Below are positions 55,464-64,000 of a stretch of 64,000 bases of DNA, one piece after another (position 1 is the first letter of the stretch; each line of letters starts with the position of its first letter). The position numbers and the translations under genes were made by a program. The DNA lies in contig OX597814.1 of the NCBI GenBank assembly GCA_951406725.2, positions 215,574,001 through 215,638,000 on the forward strand. The letters run 5' to 3'. The stretch is from Octopus vulgaris. Its lineage: Eukaryota. The notes under the pieces were generated by a model that had not been told where the DNA came from, made no database searches, and was given only the letters and a program-made list of their open reading frames with translations.

Positions 55464-56238
55464 ATCAATGAATCAATGAATGAGAAAAAGAAAGATAGAA
55501 AGAAAACAAAGAAGAGGTTAGAGTGGGTAGACAGAAGTGGGTAGCATAGATGTGAGGTACAGAGGGAAGGAAAGCTTTATCACTCCATAGCAAGCGTCAG
55601 TCTTTCGTCATCTCCAGATCTTCATTGCGTATTCCCTTCATGTTACCCACAAAGGGACTGTCTTCTCTATCCGTGAGTTATTCTGTTTACATCTGAGATC
55701 TCCCTATAAAAATTCAACGGTTCGTCATCAAATAGGGACATTGTTTAATGGTAAACATCAGGGCTTATAGCTAGAGACTTACAATGATATCTAAAGGGAT
55801 ATTTGATGAATTAGCTGAGCATATATTCAATTAGAATTTATATGTAAAAATAGAATTTATGTAAATACTCCTCCAAACAAATCTGCTCTCAATGTCACTA
55901 CTTCAAATAAATTGGGAAAAAGTTTAATTTAAGAATGAAGAACTATTAGGATGATTCCTAAAATCCTTTGGATTTCCGAGATATGACTTACAACATTATT
56001 GTCTTGTAATGTAGCTTGCTTTGCTCCTACCTGAATGTAATACTTTAAGCTAACAAAATACTCATTCATCATCCAGCGTTGACGCTGCCAAGCTAATGTG
56101 AGGTTAAATGTCTTGACTACAATTTCCAAACACCGTACTGTAATGAGGCATTAAACATCAGCTGGCATTACAATATCCTAAAATCGTAGTCTGCTGAAAA
56201 TTTCGGAAATTATGGAGGAATATAAGAAATTGGTCTAA

Positions 56239-56452
56239 GGCGGCGAGCCGGCAGAATCGTTAGCACGCCGGTTAAGAAGCTGAGCGACGTTTCATCCGTC
56301 TCTGTGTTCCGTGTTCAAACTCCACCGAGGTTCACTTTGCCTTTCAATTTTTTGTGGTTGATAAAATAAATACCAGTTGAGCACTGGAGGCGATGTAATC
56401 GATTTAACCCTTCCTCGGAATTGCTGGCCTTGTCCCAAAATTTCAAACCAAT
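56239..56452 (+). mobile_element. SINE family A variant
   Basis: ggcggcgagccggcagaatcgttagcacgccgg head; flanking direct repeat tggtcta at 56231-37 and 56462-68. Confidence 0.87.
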
Positions 56453-56649
56453 ATCAGAGAATGGTCTATTTGCGTTTTCGAGAGAGCTGAAAGAAGTAAG
56501 TTTTTGTTTGAATTTTTAATAATATTTTAAAGTTCAAGCAGAAAGATAGGTTAAGTTTATGATTAAAACTCACCTTCATTTACCAAAGTGAATTTTATCG
56601 TCATGCTTACCTTGAACGTTCGTTACCATTAATGGAATATCTATATCAT

Positions 56650-56950
56650 TTGTTGTTTTTGTTGTTGTTCGTTCCTTCTCGAGTCATGCTTGTCTCATAA
56701 GGGCCGGTTTGCCTGTTTCATTGGCGTATAGGTTCCCCACCTGGACGGGACGCCGGTCCGTTACAGTTGAGCTGCTAAATGCAGGAGGAAACAGTGTGAG
56801 AAAGTTATGGCGAAAGAGTCTTCACCATTACCTTCTGCCGGAGCCGCGTGGAACTTACGTGTTACGCTTATAAACACACACATCGCCCGGACTGAGATTC
56901 GAACCCACGACCGCGAGTCCGCTGCTCTAACCGCTAGGCCATATGCTTTC
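56650..56950 (-). mobile_element. SINE with a diverged family-C-like head and a third tail type
   Basis: Minus-strand tggcctagcggttagagcagcggactcgcggtcg and gggttcgaatctc boxes; ends in (CAA)n. Confidence 0.75.
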
Positions 56951-57367
56951 ACATATCTGTCATTTACTCTTGCGCAATTCTTTTTTTTTTTTTTCGGTAA
57001 GAACTAGTTTCGCTACGAATTTAGTTGCCGCTAAATATATTAATCGAAGAAATTTGAAGAGATTTCTGCAAGGCACTTGAAGTATTTTTTTTCCTATTTT
57101 TTAAATTCGAAATATTAAATTTAGTTCCAAGTGGGAAAGTTACTTTTCAAATATACAAAAGTTAATAAAAATATTTGGCTCCAAAAAGTCTGCATTTGAC
57201 ACTTTGTTGTTTCAAGCTCACATAACTGTCATTAGTATGTAACATAATAGATTACAAAACGCCAGTCTGATTTGTGTATTTTTAACAAATTAAATCATTT
57301 TTAAAAAAATAATTTTAAAATGTTTGTGTTGTAATCGTATTCTGAATCAAAGTTGAAAATAAATATA

Positions 57368-57905
57368 CACTGGAGCGCAAAAGAAACGCGAGACGTGTGT
57401 GACTGTGAAATATGTTTCAATTTCAATATGTCAGAGATAAATTTTGATAAATCTGATAAAATCAATTTCTTCGATGCACTTTGACCACAGTCAATGGGTT
57501 ATTGTCATGTGTTCTAGTAGTAGGCGGATCCAGCACATCAAGATTGTAGGGCATGACATGTTCAATACCATGTACGCCCTCCCTAGGTGTTCAAAACGGC
57601 CATGCACCGTCGGTACATGGAATGCATATGGCGCTTCACAAAAGCTATTGGCACCTGTGCCCACACCCTGAGGAATGCTGCCTCCAGTTCCAAACAGGTT
57701 GTCGGCCTTGGGACCACCTGGTTGAGCCGCCCCTCGATTTGATCCCACAGGTATTCAATCGGGTTTAAATAAGGGCTCAGAGCCGACCACGGACTGGTTC
57801 TGATGTTATGCTGACGCAGGAAGTTCATGATAATCCTGGCCGTGTGGGGGGAAGCATCACGTGGCTATGGTGATGCGCGAAGGGCATGAAGTGAGGTCTT
57901 AGGAT
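57368..57905 (-). mobile_element. Tc1-family transposon, 3' fragment
   Basis: PHTARII...PWSALSPYLNPIEYLWDQI...SMYRRCMAVL; TA-cactggagcgcaaaagaaacg terminus at 57366. Confidence 0.88.
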
Positions 57906-57944
57906 TTGATCAACGTAGCGCCAATGCCTTTCATTGGTTTTGTG

Positions 57945-58130
57945 TGTCTATGTTTGTTCCCCCCAACATCGCTTGACAATCGATGCTGGTCATCTAGCGG
58001 TTCGGTAATAGAGACCGATAGAATAAGTACTAGGCTTACAAAGAATAAGCCCTGGGGTCGATTTGATCGACTAAAGGCGGTGCTCCAGCATGGCTGCAGT
58101 CAAATGACTGAAACAAATAAAAGAATAGAA
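57945..58130 (+). mobile_element. SINE family B, 3' half
   Basis: Collinear with 24420-24612. Confidence 0.87.
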
Positions 58131-58199
58131 AAATGACATTTGAAAAATCACGTTTCTCTTGCGGTTCAGTGTATATCTTAATACTAATGTCCTTGAAAT

Positions 58200-58413
58200 A
58201 GCAGTGAGCTGGCAGAATCATTAGAACACTAGAAAAAATAGTTATCGGCATTTCGTTTGTCTTCACATTCTAAGTTCAAATTTAGCCAAGGTCGATTGCC
58301 TTTCATCCTTTCGAGGTCATTAAAATAAGTACCATTCAAACACTGCGATTGATGTATTCTATTTAACCCCTTCTCCGAAATTGCTGCTCTTCTGCCAAAA
58401 TTTGAAACCAATA
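58200..58413 (+). mobile_element. SINE family A variant (diverged)
   Basis: Collinear with 56239-56452. Confidence 0.8.
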
Positions 58414-58893
58414 TTAATGTGCTTGCTTTTTTTTAGCCCTAGGAGCAGTCACCGGGCAAGTCTAGAGTCTGTGTGACATCGAAGACTACAAGTTTCAATA
58501 ATATCTCCTTTCATTTTTCGTTAGGTAGATGTGTTCAGTTGGAAGGGGATTTGGTTGCTATTTGTAGCAGATGGAGCAGAGGCTTTCTGTCCATACCTTT
58601 ATATTAGTGTAATGTAAAATCTCTAGCTACACACAGCATCTTCGTAGGTCTCTTTCGTGTAGTTGTGTCATGGTCTACTGAAGACGCAGAGTTCGATTCC
58701 ATTGTGCAATCTTGTCTACGTTTCTTTGTGAAAGTGTGTGGATTAATGTTGATCGAGCGATTGCGGTTCGATTCCTAGCCCGAGTAATGCATTGTGTCCT
58801 TGCGCAGGGTACTTCATTTCATGTTGCTCCAGTTTACTCATCCGTAATGAATACCAGCCGAGTGCCGATGCAACTCTCTATCTATCTCTTTCA

Positions 58894-58927
<34 letters not shown>

Positions 58928-59279
58928 TTCTCTCTCTCTCCAGGTCCCTGTCTCTCTGTCTGTCTATCTGTCTCTCTCTCCCTCCCCTCCTCTCTTTAGT
59001 TGTCACGTTTTCGATGTTCTACTGGTTAAGGTAGAAGGGTCTAAAGGACATCCATGTCAACTCGCGACTACATAGGGACCTAAAACAATTAGCGAAGCCT
59101 TGGCACAGTTTTGGAAGAGATATATGGTCACGATTCACAATTGATTTTTGTTTTTTCATGTATAACGCCTTATACATAATTTATAAAGCCTTTTTGTACT
59201 CTGTATCTCACTATGTAAAAATATACTATGCTTCCCTTAATAATTACTACACCATATTTCATGTGTCTTATTTTCACAG

Positions 59280-59462
59280 AGGGACAACTTAGGCCACGTT
59301 CAGTCGATTTACAACGAAATGTCAACCGCTATGGACACAGAACCAACCAATATGAGTTACCAAATCTCATACTTCGTCGTGGTCAGCCATTTGAAATACA
59401 TATTGTGTTTGACCGAAACTTTGTACCATCTGAAGATACAATTGTTCTAAAATTTGTTACTG
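59280..59462 (+). CDS. Transglutaminase (protein-glutamine gamma-glutamyltransferase) N-terminal beta-sandwich exon
   Basis: Acceptor ttttcacAG, donor G|GTAAGT, 183 bp, phase 1-1. Encodes GQLRPRSVDLQRNVNRYGHRTNQYELPNLILRRGQPFEIHIVFDRNFVPSEDTIVLKFVTG with the diagnostic N-x3-H-x-T-x2-Y and LILRRGQPF motifs. Confidence 0.93.
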
Positions 59463-59493
59463 GTAAGTATCATTTAAACATACATAAATACGA

Positions 59494-59546
<53 letters not shown>

Positions 59547-59599
59547 TACAGAATAATAAAGAATAATTGTCTAAATTACTCAAAAATCAAATTTAATGA

Positions 59600-59790
59600 C
59601 AAGGCCTGCAGTTTTATTTGGTTGAGGGTAAGTCGAAACTATATACACCAGTCCTTGACGGGTACTTTATTTTTTCAACCCCTTGAAGGACGAAAGACAA
59701 AGTTGATCTCTACAGGATTTGAACTCAGAACATAAAGAGTCGTAAGAAAAACCGCCAGATATTTTTCCGTTGGTCTAACAATTCAGTCAA
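59600..59790 (-). mobile_element. SINE family A variant (diverged)
   Basis: ggtactttattttttcaacccc...gaaagacaaagttgatc...ggatttgaactcagaac resembles 7300-7420. Confidence 0.65.
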
Positions 59791-61506
59791 CTTACTATTT
59801 TGTACTAGCTATCTAAGGGTTTGAAGCTATTGACTAAACAATTTTCTCCCTGCATCACACCCAAAATACATTACAAAAAGAAATCATAGTGATATTTTTT
59901 TGAAGCTTGGTTTAAGATAGATTACTGTTAGATATTTTATTAAACCCCTTTAGGATGCCATTTCCGAACATAGAAAGGATCAAAATACTGCAATACGGGA
60001 AATAAACAAATATCTCTATTCCCTATTATTCCCTCCTCGGTGTGTTTATGTGAATGTGTATGTATCTTTTGCCTGTGTGTGTGTATGTATGCAAGTATGT
60101 ATGTATGTATGTGTGTGTGTGCGTGTGTTTGTATGTATGCATGTAAGTATGTATGTACGTATGTATGCATGACATCTAATCAAAAACACATGTCCGCAGC
60201 CTTCCTCTTTCCTCAAAGAAACAATCAGACTGTCCTTCCGTTAATTACAGTCACTTTTGATGAATTCTTGACTTTTGAAATTGGTTTCCCTCATGATTAT
60301 CAAGGTGATTCTGAAATTCGACAGAAGCACAACAGGTCATGTGACTGTCGTAATCTGAATAAATAATCAAAATTCTACATTGTACTCTATGTTTTTGAGT
60401 ATTATACTACATACACACATACACACACACCCACACGCACACACACATACACACGCACACACATATATATATATATGGATGACAAGTATTTCGTTATAAG
60501 ACACTTATTCTTATTGTTGCTAATCCTCATGTCATTCCTAATCGAAGAGGCCTATTAGCAAAGTCGTTCCAACCGTGACTATCGAGTCCTTTTGTGTACC
60601 TAATACTACATTATCCAATGCGACCTTCACTTTTTAAACAGCACTGTGACTTGAGAGGAATTTGACTGTCATTTCTGTCGGGCCAGTTAATTACGCAGAT
60701 GCCGGTTATTGTTTAAAGGGTGTTGCACTGCAATTAAAATAAACTTGCATTAACCGATAATTGAAATTCGCCTTCACGTGAGCTGAGCAGTTTCGTTGTG
60801 ACATTAGCCTCTTCTTTTGTCTACAAATATTGGCATTTGTTAAGTCAGCTAAAATAAATATGGATGAAAGCATGAAGGATTTCGATGAACAGATCCTTTG
60901 ATATACTGCGTCGTGGATTTGTTGAACGTTCTGATTATCATTTGTAGCCACTTCACTTCTGCATCACTAATACTTTGGAGAAATCCATTGAATTAATAGA
61001 ATGCCATTTTCAAGTTACGTATTGAAAAAACTTTTTCCTAGTTATGTATTAACTAACAACAATAGCATTACTAGAATATTCCAGTGAAAATCCTAATATG
61101 TAATATAAACATGGACGCTCTGAATATATTTCAATTACGTAATTTCCTCTTCTAAATTGACTACCGTTTCTAGAAAATTATTCTGATAGCAATCGTTATG
61201 TCGATAGTAGATAGATGTCTTTCAACTACGTCTGCCATCTGATAGATAGGAATTATTCACATATAAAGGACTTCGTTTACAGTTTATAGAATAATAATTG
61301 ACTAGCATGTGTCACAATTTATTTCTTTTCATACAGAATACAATATCTTATTATAAGCTTTAGTCATATACTACACACAGTCTGTTCTAGTATTTATATA
61401 TGTGAGTCCGTATGAATGTATGTACAAATGTATGTGTGTATGTATACATACATATATATCTATATCTATCTATATATAGATAGATAAACACACACACACA
61501 TCTATA

Positions 61507-61562
<56 letters not shown>

Positions 61563-61949
61563 TATAATTTACTGCTCCGTTATTGATGGGAGCAACAAAA
61601 ATGTGCTCTATCCTGAGAGAGATAAATATCATTTAATACACCTAGTATTTAAGTTCGAGCTATTATTAGTTTCATACTATGAAAATACAATAAGCTACAA
61701 AGCTTGTGTAGTATGTCTTATGTTTTCAAGCAATCTTTCTCAACAAATTACACAACATGGCTTCTCGTGATGAAAAGTGACAGAGGACGCTGGTCTCTGA
61801 GAAGACGCGAGAAAGGAGGATAGGAAGGCAATAGCAAAATGTGCAATGAGAAAAATTCAAATAATGGAATAAGAAAAATGGAACAGTAAAAGAAAATCAA
61901 GCGTTACGACCTTTTTCCCGTTCGAATTAAAATTAATAATGTTGGCGTA

Positions 61950-64000
<2,051 letters not shown>

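Noticed and set aside
59228-59566. Single-exon 112-aa ORF
   Set aside because: Only 59280-59462 is protein-like and bounded by splice sites; the flanks are intron read-through.

Overview
Eukaryotic, AT-rich, microsatellite-dense animal DNA. The SINE, Penelope-like and Dong/R4 repeat repertoire looks like an octopus (coleoid cephalopod) genome; that assignment is inference from recalled repeat families. Almost every ORF in the supplied track is a microsatellite artefact. The only host gene I can support is the 5' part of a + strand transglutaminase: a clear N-terminal-domain exon at 59280-59462 and a frame-compatible upstream exon at 30643-30791, separated by a ~28.5 kb intron. The rest is transposon-derived: a near-full Tc1, a decayed mariner, a second Tc1 fragment, a non-autonomous Helitron, MITEs, several tRNA-derived SINE families, CR1 and Dong/R4 LINE pieces nested in (TAA)n, and Penelope-like termini. 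The most notable signal is a set of minimal type I hammerhead ribozyme motifs with a long (~60 nt) stem II and a self-complementary stem III. Two intact copies form the arms of an apparently perfect 204-bp inverted repeat (20544-21056). A third, covarying copy lies sense-oriented inside the transglutaminase intron (45449-45536), and several decayed relatives are scattered through the window.
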